Positions 39,721 to 53,159 of a stretch of DNA of 64,000 nt are shown piece after piece. The DNA lies in contig NC_044504.1 in NCBI RefSeq assembly GCF_902362185.1, positions 33,092,702 to 33,156,701 of the forward strand, in the 5' to 3' direction. The first letter of the stretch is position 1; every line of letters begins with the position of its first letter. The notes beneath the pieces were generated by a model, which saw only the letters and a list, made by a program, of their open reading frames with translations, ran no database searches and had not been told where the DNA came from. A program made the translations under genes and the position numbers. The DNA is from Chanos chanos. Taxonomy: Eukaryota.

Positions 39721-40080
39721 CTCTACCTTTTGTTCAATAAAGACAAAAGAGCTACCTCCAGTCATCGTCGTGCCTGTTTATTATTTTCAGCACTTTTAAA
39801 AACATTGATGCCCAACAATTTGGTGCCGTGACCCGGATGGAATAGAAGACTGTTGAACTTAAAGCGGAGACGGTTGACGAATAATCCGAAGCCAACGCCT
39901 CAAGTGTGTGCGCGTGAGTCGTTCTCAGTTCTATCTCCATTCGAAGTTTAGCTGTAAACTCATATGGTGATTTTTCCTATTAGTCAAAGAAGTTAGACTA
40001 ACAAGTCGGGCATTAAACCTTCTAAGAATGATCAGTGGCATCCTGATGACATTAAAAGGGCATGGGATAAAACACAATGC

Positions 40081-40954
40081 ATGAACGACGGCACAGAAAA
40101 AACTAAATGGCGTTTTGTTGCTCTCTCTAAGCTCAAACAGCATGAGATGAAAGTTGAATGGGACAAATGTCAGCATGAAAGTGGTAAATTAAAATCTGCC
40201 AATGATTTTCTCCGTTCTGAATATAAGAAACTGAAATCTGCTAATGCCTCTCTGTGCTCTAAGAATGAGAAGCTCAAAAAAAAGAGAGAAGCAGGTCCAT
40301 TTTTGCAGCTGCAGTGCAGTTGGCAATCCGCCAGCTCAAGGCAACACCCAGACTTGCTCTTATGGCGATGTGATAAACAACATCGACAGAGGCGCCTCCA
40401 CAGGGTCAAGCTCAGAGTCAACTCCTGTGTTATTTCCCTTGTACTCATGGGAAGAGCTAAAACATTTGGCAGAAATGGTGGATGACCCAAGGGCTTATGA
40501 TGTCAACAAATATGAAGAGGAACAGGAGGGGGATGACTCTGATGACGCACAAATAGCCCTGAGGCAGGTTGAAACAAGATCCCAGAGGATTGTGGGGCCT
40601 ACAGGAGAGGTGATTCTGGATACAGGAGGACATATATCTAGACTAGCCAGCCAAAGGTATGTCCCTCTATCACCAGACATGGTTGAGAAGTTTTCATCAA
40701 GAGTGCCACCTCCCAGAAAGGGAGGAACGAAGACATGGGAAGAGCTCCAAAGGCTGAAAAGAATTTACAATTTACACCCTCTTGATGGATGTCAAATCTT
40801 AGCTGTACATCAAAGTGAGCAGCAAGCTGAGCAATTGCAGGATGCAGTGAATCATAAACTAGACACAGACGACGAAAGTGGTGCATGGAAGAGGATTCAA
40901 ACCTGGTGTATGGAAAATGCACAGCTGACAGTGGACTGGAAGAAAATTCTCTAA
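40081..40954 (+). pseudogene. ERV gag-like region (coiled-coil N-terminus), frameshifted
   Basis: Overlapping ORFs 40081..40485 and 40244..40954. It sits immediately upstream of the protease in retroviral gene order. Confidence 0.5.
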
Positions 40955-41199
40955 TGTAAACAGAAACCAGAGGAGTCAGTCAAAGGGTACGCGAGACGTC
41001 TGAAAAGCGCCACAGAACCAACAACGCCCTCAGCCCTCCATCAGTGCCTCTCAGCAGTCTGAAGCAGCATCAAACAACCTACCGGAATTAGTTTCCCAGT
41101 TTATACGGCTACCGCCAGAGATTCAAAACCTACTCATGGGGAGTGTTGGAAACACATCCCAGGGAAACTGCTAAATCACCCCTCTCTTCAATCTCTGTC

Positions 41200-41520
41200 C
41201 ACAGCTGTCCAACAGCGGGCAGATGGTTTGTATGTGGAAGTCACAGTTGGACCTTGGAGTGTAGATTTTCTCATTGATACAGGTGCTCAAGTAACTGTCA
41301 TTTGAGATATATACAAATTGCCCCTTAGTGATAAAACAGCAGAAGGTTGTGGTGTTGAAGGGACATCTCAATTCCTCTTAAGACAAACAGTTCCTGTTTA
41401 CATTCAAATTGGGCCTATTACATTGACCACACCCATTTGGACTGGGCCAGTAAGACAGGCTTTATAGGGACTGGATGTTCTTAGTCAAACTAGTTCAGAC
41501 ATCCAATTCAAGGATGGGAA
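41200..41520 (+). pseudogene. ERV aspartic protease remnant
   Basis: VTVGPWSVDFLIDTGAQVTVI (the D-T/S-G-A active-site motif) is followed by an in-frame TGA. More stops follow downstream. Confidence 0.6.
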
Positions 41521-41533
41521 GATTAATTGGCTA

Positions 41534-42334
41534 TTGCGAAATTTAACTTTAACCCAATTAGCTGATCATCCAGTTTGGGCTACAGATAAGAATGATTGTG
41601 GGTGTTTGAAAATGCAACCTGCCACCTTCACAGGCTCCCCACCACCTTCAGCTAAACAATATCCCTTAAGTATACAGGCGGTCCAAGGAATTCTACCAAT
41701 CGTTAAACAGCTGGAAGAGAAAGGCATTCTGATTCAAATCTTCAGCAGCAGTAACAGCCCCATTTGGCCAGTCAAAAAAGCAGATGGAAGCTGGCACCTT
41801 ACAATTGATTACCGAGAAGCCAATAAACACATTGACAAGCTTACACCTCTTGTAGCAGACCCATCTACCATCTTTAAGGTCATCAAACCATCACATCAAT
41901 GGTTTTCAGTCGTTGACATGGCTAATGGCTTTTGGTCAGTACCACTCAGCCCAGATGTACAACCTTGGTTTGCGTTCACAGTCAAAGGGCAGCAGTATAA
42001 GTGGACACGCCTCCCACAAGGATTCCATAATTCACCCACTGTGTACCATCAAGCACTAAGAAAAGATTTAGGGAAATTGACAGATGTGTCATCCACCGTG
42101 GTTCAGTATGTTGATGATGTATTAATAGCATCTGATGACAGAGAGCAACATGAGCAGGACGTGCTGAAGCTGCTAGACCATCTAGCGAAGCAAGGTCACA
42201 AAGCCAGTCTGAAGAAGGCACAGCTCAGTCAAATAGAGGTAACCTATTTGGGTCAAAAGATTTCACAAGGTCAACGAGAAATCACCCAGATAGGAAAACG
42301 GCTGTTAAATCATCTCCGCTACCAACAACGGTGA
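41534..42334 (+). pseudogene. ERV reverse transcriptase domain
   Basis: ORF 41534..42334: PIWPVKKADGSWHLTIDYREANK...LPQGFHNSPT...QYVDDVLIAS (YVDD box). Confidence 0.85.
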
Positions 42335-43400
42335 GAGAATTAAGATCTTTTCTTGGTCTTTGTAATTACAACAGGACATGGGTAGCTGGATATGCTGAGC
42401 TCACTCAACCTCTGAATAACAAACTCAAGGGTAATCCTCATCCAAAGGATCAGCTGACATGGACTAATGAGGAGAAGCAGGCCTTTGACAATGTGAAACA
42501 GGCTCTGATAACAGCTCCCGCTTTGGGAATTCCAGACACCTCAAAACCATTTGTTCTCCACGTCCATGAGCATCAGGGGTACATGACAGCAGTTCTAACT
42601 CAAGAATGGGGAGATAAAGACAAACCTGTGGGTTATTTCTCAGCTCAGTTAGACCCTGTGGCACAAGGCATGGGACCATGTCTTAGGGCAGTGCAAGCAA
42701 CATACTTGGCAGTTCATGTAACAGGATCCCTTGTCCTAGACCAGAAACTGACAGTCAGATGTCCTCACGCTGTACACACTATCCTCAGTATAGGACAATC
42801 TTCACAAGTGACAGCAGCCAGATGGACAAAATGGTCAGTAGCTCTGGAAATGCCAAACATCACAATTGAGAAAGCCACTCCCAGTAACCCAGTTACTATG
42901 ATGACACCTCCCAACGATCCTGTGAATGACGAGCATGACTGCTCCAAGGTAATTCAGGCATCATTGGAGGGTGACGAACACATCAAAACAACTCCGCTAC
43001 AAAATCCTGACTTTTGTAGGATTTTTGTAGGAAAATACTGTTTACTGATGGGCCTTCCATGACCATGGAAGGAAGATGGAAAGCAGGATGGGCGGTGACT
43101 TCAAGTCATGAGGTCATGGCAAGTGGTTCAGCTCAACAAGCAGAACTCCATGCACTTACTGAAGCACTAAAAGTGGCAGAAGGAAAGACAGCAAACATCT
43201 ACACTGATTCCAGGTACGCCCTCTGGGTGGTCCATGATTTTGCAGCCCTGTGGAAACAGAGAGGATACCTGATGGCCACAGGCACACCCATACGCAATGG
43301 CAAAGAAGTAGCTCAACTGCTGGACGCTTTTAAATTACCAGATGTTCTCGCAGTACTCAAGGTTAAAGCACACTCCAGACAAGAGGACGAGGTCAGTAAG
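42331..43400 (+). pseudogene. ERV RT connection plus RNase H
   Basis: ORFs 42331..43062 and 43059..44240 (N-terminal part). It has the RNase H motif ...ANIYTDSRYALWVVHDFAALWKQRGYLMATG.... This is gamma/epsilon-retrovirus-like (compare MLV YTDSRYAF). Confidence 0.75.
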
Positions 43401-44706
43401 GGAAATGCGATGGCAGATGAAGCTGCTACAGCTGCCGCAAGGAGGGGTGATGAAAAACGTGATGAAAAGAGTAATGAAAACTCTGACAGCAGCAATGTTG
43501 ACTCAGCTCCAAACGACATGGATGAGACTTTTCATGGTGGCATCACGAGAACGCCCACCAGCAGAACTGAGGAATTGCGACATGTCATTGTCCGCGATCT
43601 TAAACACATTTCTGAAGTGCAAGACAGTGCAAGCCCAGAGGAGCAATGGACTTGGATGGAGAATGGTGCAAAGCTGCATGATGACTTAGTATGGAGGAAA
43701 GGTGACAAGGTCATTGCCCCTTCCTGCCTCTTGTCATATCTGGCTCAGCAGATAGATAGCGTCGGCCACATTGGACCCAAAGCATTGGTCTCAAGATTTT
43801 CTTCAATTTGGTATAACCCTCTCTTTAGAGCGGACGCCCAGAAAGTTAAAGACACTTGCATCATCTGTCAACAGCGTGATCCTTCTCCCGGAGCCCCAGT
43901 TCCAAAGCTTCGACCAAACGCGCCACCTGGACCTTTCAGACATCTGCAAGTCGATTACATCACCTTGCCAAAGATAAAAGGGAAACAGGACGTCCTAGTC
44001 ATCGTTCCAGATGGATTGAAGCATATCCAACAAAGAAGGGGACGGCCTCCCACACAGCCAAAGTGCTGGCACAGGACATCATTCCCCATGGGGACTCCCT
44101 GGCACCATAGACTCAGACCAAGGAACACACCTCACAGGAAGGGTGTGTCAGGAAGTGTGCCGACTGCTGGGTGTCCAGTGGTCATTACATTGCGCTCACC
44201 AATCATCTGGAATGGTGGAAAGAGCCAATGGCATTCTTAAAGCACGACTGTCTAAAATGCACTCAGAAGGACTTTCATGGGTTGATGCTCTTCCTATGGC
44301 TCTTTGCAGCATGAGAGCGACAGCCAACCAAATAACAGGACTCAGCCCTTTCGAAATCATCACAGGACGACCAATGAAGCTTCCTGGTACGCCAGATCTA
44401 CGCGAAGCTGACGTCCACCTTCTCTCTGACTCTCTTTTTCAATACTGTTGCGAGCTCACTAAAGGTCTCAGCAGCAGAAGCACAGGTTAGGGAGGCCTGG
44501 GGAGAGCCATTCTTTAATACCAGGACAGTGTGTCATGATTAAGAAATTTCCACGCTCATGTGTAGAACCAAGATGGGAAAGGCCATTCCCAGTCTTATTA
44601 ATTACACCATCAGCGGTTAAAGTACAGGGCAGGAAACGTTGGGTTCATGCTTCACATTGTAAACAAATTAAGGGTGTTCAAAGTGTAGGAGCCAGCGGGA
44701 AGAACT
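43400..44706 (+). pseudogene. ERV integrase (HHCC zinc finger, DDE core, C-terminal SH3-like domain), frameshifted
   Basis: HIGPKALVSRFSSIWYNPLFRADAQKVKDTCIICQQ (zinc finger). The DDE core is split across ORFs 43059..44240 and 44143..44490. The C-terminal domain is at 44500-44706: ...PGQCVMIKKFPRSCVEPRWERPFPVLLITPSAVKVQGRKRWVHASHCKQIKG. Confidence 0.7.
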
Positions 44707-44830
44707 GAGTTGTTTAGAGGCTCAGGGGCCACCCCACGGTGAAGATAGTTTGCTGTCAATGTTATTTAGCTCCCACCTGCACTTTGATTAGCTTCCATCC
44801 TTATTTTAAAAAACTTCATGGTTAATAATA

Positions 44831-45103
44831 TGTGTTGTGACGAATGTTACTCCCCAATATGTTTCTGCTTTCTGTGTTTTACAGGCCTGAGATACACCGG
44901 CGCCTTCCACCAATGTACCACGATTGGTTCTTAAGGTGTCCACGTCTGAGTAAACCACGAGAGTTGAGCTTAACAGCTCACCTGAGTCTGCAAGCTCTTC
45001 AACAGACTCAGAGGGCAAGCAGCTAAGTGGTTGTTTGAAGATCCCTGTGTTCTAGCAGTAGGGTTTGTTTCGTCTTACCGACAATCAGACATACTCCTAA
45101 TCC
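44831..45103 (+). repeat. Candidate retroviral LTR (about 270 bp) immediately upstream of the tRNA-Pro primer binding site
   Basis: It starts TGTGTTGTGACG... just after the IN C-terminus and ends ...cctttaacagat directly abutting the PBS. Boundaries are approximate. Confidence 0.4.
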
Positions 45104-45121
45104 TTTAACAGATTGGGGGCT
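45104..45121 (+). other. Primer binding site TGGGGGCTCGTCCGGGAT, an 18/18 match to the MLV-type PBS complementary to the 3' end of tRNA-Pro (as I recall it)
   Basis: Read directly from the sequence (gat|TGGGGGCTCGTCCGGGAT|gacctcctctctgc...). The downstream leader gacctcctctctgcttttactgtatac is shared with 39690-39720. Confidence 0.6.
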
Positions 45122-45479
45122 CGTCCGGGATGACCTCCTCTCTGCTTTTACTGTATACAGCAACCACTATATATGTCTGGATATATTTCCAAAACTGTTA
45201 GAACAAAAAAATCTGAATGTATGGTTGTAAAAGCTAATTTATTGTAAGAAACGATTAGCAGTTATGCGCCTGTTATGCAAGCCCACAATAACCTTTAAAT
45301 AGGTTTATTTTGGTCATATCGACTTGGAAAATGGACAGCAAGGATAATTTAGTTATGGCTTATTTCTTACATACCTGCTGCATTTGTTTCTACAGCAATG
45401 TTTGAGGTGGCTGTTATGTTTTGTTGTATGTGTAGTCACGGCATAGCATTCACTGTAATTACGACGAGTTCGAGTATGC

Positions 45480-45720
45480 GCAACAAATTCAGTTCATTTT
45501 GCCCTATCTCGCAATGTTAATGGAAGTGCAAAATAATATGTGGATCCACCCCGTGAGTCGGCTTCACTCCAAAATTTAATGGGTTCTTCCTTGGCCCATG
45601 CTACACCCCTCCACCAAGTTTCATGAAAATCGCCCCAGTAGTTTTTACGTAATCTTGCTGACAAACAGACAGACAGGCAAACAAACAGCACCGAAAATAT
45701 AACCTCTGTGACGGATATAG
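45480..45720 (-). repeat. Fragment of a widespread teleost repeat
   Basis: ...ggcccatgctacacccctccaccaagtttcatgaaaatcgccccagtagtttttacgtaatcttgctgacaaacagacagacaggcaaacaaacagcaccgaaaatataacctc.... This motif recurs very often in fish genomes. ORF 45494..45742 is an artefact of it. Confidence 0.3.
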
Positions 45721-46261
45721 AAAATAAATAAAAATCGCTCATCTTTGAAAAGAAAACATCACAGCTGTTAGGGTAAAGCCTACCAAATTACCACATTTGA
45801 AAATATCACAGACTTTGAAATAACAAAATGAAGAACAGCAGCTTTGAAATGATTAGCTGTTTTGCCATATGCCAAGGTATTTTCTTTAAAAAAAAAAAAA
45901 AAAGCATTCAAATGTAGCCTACGCTCAAAAACACAAACGTCATCACACTGGTTTATGTAATTAATAACAAAAAGAGACATGAACAGCCAAAATAACACTA
46001 ATAAATAACAAAGTAAAACAAACTTAACAAATGAAACGTGGGAGTCCCGGGACCCGCAGTTTATTTTTTGACCGCCCATTCCCAACAAAGTTAAAACCAC
46101 CCGCTTCCACGAGATTTGCCTTTCAGGACCCAATCCCAATGCAGTCCTTCAGACCAGATCACCTGGGTTGTTTCCTATGTGAACTGAATTCAGACCACAG
46201 CAAGAGTCCAATCTACATTACTGCACTTAAGTCTACATTTGTCCTTTCTCTCGTAAACAGT

Positions 46262-46300
46262 ATGGAAGAAGAAGAAGAAGAAGAAGGAGAAGGAGAAAAC
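46262..46300. repeat. (GAA)n / GGAGAA microsatellite
   Basis: gaagaagaagaagaagaaggagaaggagaaaa. Confidence 0.85.
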
Positions 46301-46469
46301 TAACTAACCTGTACAGCATTACTGAGTAATCATGCATATGAAACATTGTCAACTACTGCAATATAAAGCCACAGTGAGTTGCTTCCTGCATACCTGCAAT
46401 AGGTGACAATGCCTAGTGACTAGCTTACAGTCTACATTCAAGGACAATGACCATGTTTTCCAATACTTT

Positions 46470-48170
46470 CATCAACACCTTACACTGGAGAGTGTTGATG
46501 TACACTAGCACTGAAAATGTGTATAGTATAACCAACACTTCTTGCAATATATAACCAAGCTTAGAGTTCATTTAAAACTGGTGAAATGGCTCTGTGAATG
46601 GAGGTGTTCTCTGTTATAAATGTACATTTACTCTACAAACATTTCCTGCTTTGGATCAACATGAGAAGAAATAAAGCTGGGAACGAGTTAGCAAAATTTT
46701 GACAGTAATGAGAAGCTGAGAAATTGTACAAATCAGCTGCTGTCAAGGCAAAGACACAAACAGTATATATTGATGTTTTATATAAAACATGAATATATAA
46801 AATCTTATCTCCTTCAAACAAAATATGTGGTGAGTGTTTTTTATTTTGAAGGCAGGCCTGTGATTCCTTTCTTTGATAGTGTTAAAAGAGCTCGGCATCT
46901 GTGAGAATGATGCCGGTCACTTGTCTGTGTTTCATTAGTAAAGTGAAAGTAAAATATGGCTACTTTGAAAACTCAGCAGTCTCTCTGGAACTTGAGAGCA
47001 TACATGACAGTGGGTCTGCTCTCTGCATTTAAAAAGACCATAAAACAGGATCCATTTTGGAAACACTGCTGTAATTCCACATAAAATGTACAGTGGATAA
47101 ATAGCATCAGTAGATTCAATTAAATGTATGTGACCCTCCCCAACAATTTTTACTAAGCATTACAAACAAACACAGGGCATTCCACATAGTTCAAACCACA
47201 GACTTTATCTTGTTTGCTTTGTTTTCATCACTTTTGAGATTGAGGTATGGAATCCCAAGGTTGTGCTGTGTCTTCTTGTCAAGGAATTTACAAAAAAGGT
47301 CACTTGTTCAGACTGTCAGAAGATTTGCAGTTATCCAGCATATCACCAGCTATTAAACAGATGGAGCCAAGGGATGAAGGCATTTCATGGTTTTGAGTTT
47401 GTTTCATTTCATTTTGTTTTTATGACTATCATGCTATATGTAGCATGCTGCACTGTGACACGCTTCTTTAAAGTGAATATATGCTGGTTTGCATGCCATC
47501 CAAGTTCTGTGGGATTTTTCTGTTTAGTTCTTTTAAAATAATGATACTGCATGTATTTATTGAATTATCCAGTGTAATCCGTACCTTACCAAATGAGCCC
47601 TTTTTCCTGCCCTAAAACCCACTGACAGCACATAATAGCATACAAAAATGTTATACTAAGCCTTTTCAAAAACCCCAGACTGTCGTGACATGCCTGTTTT
47701 TCTCTCACATTGTTTTTCTGTTTCTTTTTCACTGACTTCCTTACAACGCTGGTGAAAATGTTTCTTTCATTTTGTTTTTTTTGTTGTTGTTTTTTAATGA
47801 CAGATTGCTTCTTCATTTTTCACAAGGCTCTCAAGCACACTGTTTTTGTTGGCATGATCAGATATTTTATCATATATTTTGTGGATATCACATTTCAAGA
47901 ATTATCACAAATTATTCATGCTGCAATATTTCCTCAAGGCGAATATATGTGGACTTGCATTCTACCCAAGTTCCTTATTTTTAGTGTTTTGTTGTTTTTG
48001 GTTATTTCCAGAATTATATCACTGACAGCTCAGGACAACTTATATATTTAATCTTAATCATCGGTTTCCTATGACAAAGGAGTACTGTAACTACAATAAC
48101 TGCTATCATAAACACAGAAATTAGTCCAGTCAGATAACAGTACAAAACAACATACAAAATAAGCAATAAG
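46470..48170 (+). repeat. Segmental duplication, copy 2 of 7450-9230
   Basis: See the copy 1 entry. Confidence 0.7.
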
Positions 48171-49519
48171 TCAAAAGTCTTCTGAAAAGTCCTAGATGCT
48201 GAAAAAAAAAAAATCTAAACTTCATAGTGGCATCACCTCTAGGTGTCTGCGTGGTCTGTGGTTACTCTAGTGAACGTGTTATCAAATGTCATGCCTGATA
48301 TGGCATAGCTGAAATAGGCCTGAGAGAACACACAATCAGGTCTTATTTAGTTCACTAATTCTTGATCCAATAAATCCAATAATATTGATGTAACTAGACC
48401 TTTATAAAAAACTTTTGAAATAATAATGCAAGAGGGAGGGGGCTAGGTTTGTATGATGGGGTAAGAAGAATATAATAAAGAAACAGTGTGGAGGAGTTTA
48501 GACAACTGAAGACAATGGAGAGAGATATAGATGATGATGATTACTGGAAGAGGGGACAATAGAGAAGAGAAATCTAATGTACTGAGGAGATAAACTACAG
48601 ACAGAAAGCATACCATAAGGAGTAATGAGGGTATAATCGACAGGCATCAATTCTTAATCCTCTGAAAACAAGAGGTTTTATATCCTTTGTTTTGTGAGTT
48701 TACACAGGCTCACAACGGTTACAGTCTATGGCATCTTCATTGTGAGCACTTTAAGTGCTACTCTAAGGTTATTATTGTTCTTATCTTCATCTAAATTCAT
48801 GAACTTTTGGATCACAGAAGTTAACTGAGTACTTGTGTCTATTAACTCTCAGAATTACATTCAGATGGATCATCTTATCAGAACAAAATGGAAAAATCCT
48901 ACAGAATTTGAGTATGGCACTGATCCATATATGTAGTCTGTACCTTGAAAAAACATGCAGCAACATGGTTGTTCTCACAGTACATCTTGAGGCACACAAT
49001 GGGAGTAATCTTTTAAAAGTCAATACCACGGAGCAAACAACCAAGAAATATCTCCCTCTTCACTTGACTGCATTCACTTACATTCTTGTTTTATCAGACC
49101 ACTGCATCTTCTCTCAGTTTAACCTATACTGATCTAAACAAGATTAGGAGTTTGCATGCAACATTATAAACCGAAATTGAGGAGTCTACGTTTACCTGAA
49201 ATGGCCTCTCTAGAACACCTGGATCTGGGATTCAAATATATTGTAATCCAGCACTGTTAATTCCAATTATATTGTCTATATAATAATATCCACTGTGATT
49301 CTTAGGATTCCTATGAATTGAGTATGAAATTTATAGAACTATTATTTTTGACTGCATTTTAGGTTGTTACGGAAAGTAATCATATTTGGTGAAAAATAAA
49401 TTAAATAGAAAATGCAAGTTAAAAAATGGTACAGACAAATACTCTGGAAATTGTTACAATGGATCTAAAAGGTGAGGTTCCCCTTTACAGAATTTTGCAT
49501 GAAAGGGTTGATCACTCTA

Positions 49520-49905
49520 TGTAACGACTTCGTCTCCTCCCGCACCGACTCCAGCCATTCAGCGATCAGCGTTACCGGTTTACTAATCATCGGCCTGTCC
49601 CTTCATCATTCAGACCTGTGTTCACTTTGCTTTCCCTGATTCTCACCTCTTTATAAACGCCACTGTTTCCTTTAGTCATCGCAAAGTCTACACTTTCCCA
49701 ATGTGTATTCTGAGCGCTCTGAAAGATTATTTTTTTCATTCCTAGTGTTGTCCTAAGTCTTGGTTCTGGTTTACATTCCAGTCTAGTGTGCTTTTCTGTT
49801 TGTTTTCTACTTAGTGTGGCTATCTGTGTTTGTTTGTATTTGCCCGATTCGCATTAAAATTTACATCTCTGCACTTGCGTCCGGTTTCCTGGTGACTTCG
49901 TTACA
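49520..49905 (+). mobile_element. Solo-LTR-like insertion (TGTAACGA...TCGTTACA) with 5-bp TSD CTCTA
   Basis: 8-bp inverted termini. TSD copies at 49515-49519 and 49906-49910. The 3' end resembles the 19388-19752 element (tctctgcacttgcgtccggtttcctggtgacttcgttaca versus tctcttgcgcatgggtcctgcaccactctgccggtgtgaca). Confidence 0.5.
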
Positions 49906-52499
49906 CTCTAGTATCACATCAACATGAATACCATGTTTTTGAAAATGTCTTATAATTAATGTTATTATTTTACCGTTGTGCATAGGAATTTAGCTCATGC
50001 TAATCTAATCTTTTTATTTCTGTATGTTAAGCTTGGTATGTTAAACATTTCAGCTATTAGTGCTACATGTGAAACACAAAATTGTTTTCTTCCTGAAAGA
50101 AGTTGGAGTTAAACACACGTCAATGCGTATCTCAAACTGAGTCGTGCTATCAGTGCCAACATTCTGTAAATATTGTTCTCTTGCTTGTCAGAGCTTATGT
50201 GAGTTTGTTCTACTTTTAAATAAGTTTATGAATTTCTACAGTTTCTAGAACATCCAGACTTTGCCTCCAACAAACTGGTGACATTATTAAGAGAGAGTGT
50301 TTCTGAAATTGATTTTTTTTTAATCATTTTGCAGTCTTTGGAGTTCGAGCACCCATGTTTGAGTACCCATGTGAGCCATAGAAAAGCATGTACATCTGAA
50401 GAATTGACTTGGCTCTGCCATTACTCTGACCTTTTTGCATGGTAGATCTGACTGATGCACTTCTAACAAGGCTCTGTGCAGGATGTTTCACCGCACAATG
50501 AGATTACTCACAATCACACTCCTACTGCCCTGCATCTGTTAAGGCCATATGAATAATCTGAAAAGACAAACCTCAAAGAAACCTGATTCACAAACCTGAT
50601 TAAACGGCACATGTCCTCACTGCACCTGTGTCCATGTCTTTTCGTTGATATTAATTTTTAACATTGAAAATCAAATTGTGTCTTTTTGGCATTACCAGCA
50701 TTTATCTATATTTTATTATTATAATCATCATCATGATTTTTATTATTAGTAGTAGTAGAAGTAATAGTAACAGTAGTAATTAATAATGGTAGTGCACTCA
50801 GTCAAATGATCATGACTGAGACTGCCTATAAGCAAGGGAGTATTTGTTTACTCTATGGAGCCAGTTGCTGTATTGTTTACTTCTTTTTGTATATTTGTGT
50901 TACAATGTACACCTTTTTCATTTCTTTCCCTTTAAATGATCTACAGCATTTATACTTTACCTTAAACACTGCATCCTATTGTTAACCTGCGTCTCAAAAA
51001 GATAACTTCCGACATCAGAACACAACAGTGAACTTTAGTGGAAACAGGACAGTGAGTCTGCTCTCTGCATATAACAGGATGCTTTATTTTGAAAACACAG
51101 CTGTAGTGTCACATAAAATGTAAAATCAATAAATAACATCAATATATTCGAGTATATGTGAGCCTCCCCAGAGATTTTTCACCTAGCATTACAAACAAAG
51201 ACAGAGCATTCAAACCACAGATTTTATCTTGTTTTCTTTGTTTTGATCATTTAAGACATTAAGGCATGGAATCATGGGGTTCTGCAGTGTCTTCTTGCCA
51301 GGGAATTTAAAAAACTCATTTGAGTAAACTATCAACAGATTCACTGGATTCATTGCTCTTTCAATCAGATCAACACTTTGTCTGATTCTGTTTTCATTAT
51401 CAACACATTCTTAAGTTTCCAAGCATATCATCATGTTATATGTAGAGTGTTTCATATTGATCCATGAATAGGAGTACTTGCAGAAGCACTGAAAAAAAAT
51501 GCTTTGAATATGATACAGGCTTCACTTCACTGCATCACTCTTTAGAATGATAGAAATTGCTCCAGAATATTTTTCATAAAACCAGATTAATAATTCATAA
51601 ACTGAAAGTGTTCCCTCTATGTACAACAGCCAAGACAGTGTTCCTTCTGTGAAAGTGTTCCTTCTATGTACAACAGCGAAGACATGCAGAGCATCATTCC
51701 ATCATTTCTTGTTTTCTTATACTGACAAGGACCCTCATAAGAAATCTTCATATGATACTTAGAAAGGGTATGAGATGCACACACTCTCAGATCACATAGA
51801 TTACAATCTATTTTCCATCTCAGAAAGTAAAATATGTCAGTGTGATATTGTCAGTGTTACAGATAAAGGTCAAAGTTTTTAGACAAACAGGTTCCAGGTG
51901 GTGCCAGTTGAGCATTTTGAGAGGACATTCAAGAGAGATGGGAGCTTTCCACATTTAGCTTTGTGCATTTTCTCCTGATTATGAACCACTTACATCAAAA
52001 TTGCTCTCTTCGACCCGGTGGCTTTTTGATCTGTCTGTATGTGTGTCAGTCAATGTGTCGTTGTCAGTTGTTGCTATGACACTTGCATCTTACTGAATCT
52101 GTACGGTAACGGTTAGCATCATGCCAAAGAGAAAGTCGGTCCTTTCTAAAGACCCCCAGAAGGCTACCCGTTTCTTCATGAAGTAGCCGGCAACAAAAAT
52201 GCTGCGTTCCGCACACACTGCAGGAGTAGGCCTGCATTCTCGGTCGCACAAGGTAGAAATGCCGATATAAGACACAGCCAAACATAAGCGACAGATTCAA
52301 TTATAATTCAAAACAAAAAAATCTCAACCAGTTTTGCAATTATTACTTGCTCCCGTAATTTCATTGCAAAAAACTGTGCATAAACTGGAAAGCATAAATA
52401 ACATTTTTTCAAATATATGCTCACACATGGACTCAGATACTGCTGCTGCTCTCTGTTGTTTGTTGTGGAAAAACATTGTTTCATTTCTAACTTACAAGC

Positions 52500-52576
52500 A
52501 TACACACGCACATACACACAAACATGCATGCATGCACGCACGCACACACACAAACACACACACACACACACACAAT
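52500..52576. repeat. (CA)n / CACG-rich compound microsatellite
   Basis: Read directly. It underlies the spurious ORFs 52308..52703 and 52334..52618. Confidence 0.85.
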
Positions 52577-53159
52577 AACAGCCCTCAAACATATCTTCTC
52601 TACTCTTCAGAATGTTGAATTTACTTCCAGCTAGCAGTGCTGGATCAGACAGAGCTGCAGGCTGGTGGCACCATTCTGTCTGTGGAGGGACAGGTCTGTG
52701 CATGAGAGTACTAGCTGTATGTTTATTGAGGAGCCAGCATCAGGCGACTGGTTATTGTTGATGCTTACAAGCAAAAAGTGGGCACCATAACGCAAAGTGT
52801 TATAGGCTTTCAAGTTCTTTGGTTATGTGACTGCCAGCTGAAATATCAGAAGAAATGATGGCCCTTCTTTACAACAACACTGTTGGGGAAAGTTCAGTAG
52901 CTTCTGATAACATGAAGTCCACCGCATAACAGGAGTACGATCGACTATGTAGTGGGTTAAACAGCACTAGCTGTCTGTGGGGGTTTAAGGTGGGAATGAC
53001 AACAACTGTGGCAAATTTCCATATATAATCAATTCCTGTAAGAACAAACACAGACAGAAAGCATGGCAGAGGCAGATATGGATTTGCCCATGGACTGTCA
53101 TATTGTCAGATAAAGAATTTGTAAGTGAATATTTAATAAGCATCACTTCTATGCCCAGG

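Larger units (their letters stand above)
40081..44706 (+). mobile_element. Endogenous retrovirus internal region (gag-PR-RT-RNaseH-IN). Degenerate. No env detected.
   Basis: Overall span of the ORFs listed below. Multiple frameshifts and stops run throughout. Confidence 0.8.

Noticed and set aside
39805-39822. TGGTGCCGTGACCCGGAT, a PBS-like 18-mer upstream of ERV gag
   Set aside because: It begins with TGG and superficially resembles a PBS, but it matches no tRNA 3' end that I can recall. It lies about 90 nt downstream of the leader that already aligns to the genuine PBS region. Probably coincidental.
52080-52290. Short plus-strand reading frame starting MPKRKSVLSKDPQKATRFFMK, suggestive of a transposase N-terminus
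   Set aside because: It terminates after 21 codons. No downstream DDE or helix-turn-helix region is recognisable, and there are no TIRs. Too little to call.
52308-52703. ORFs encoding CVCVCVC / HTHAHTHKH stretches
   Set aside because: A direct translation of the (CA)n/(CACG)n microsatellite at 52500-52576.
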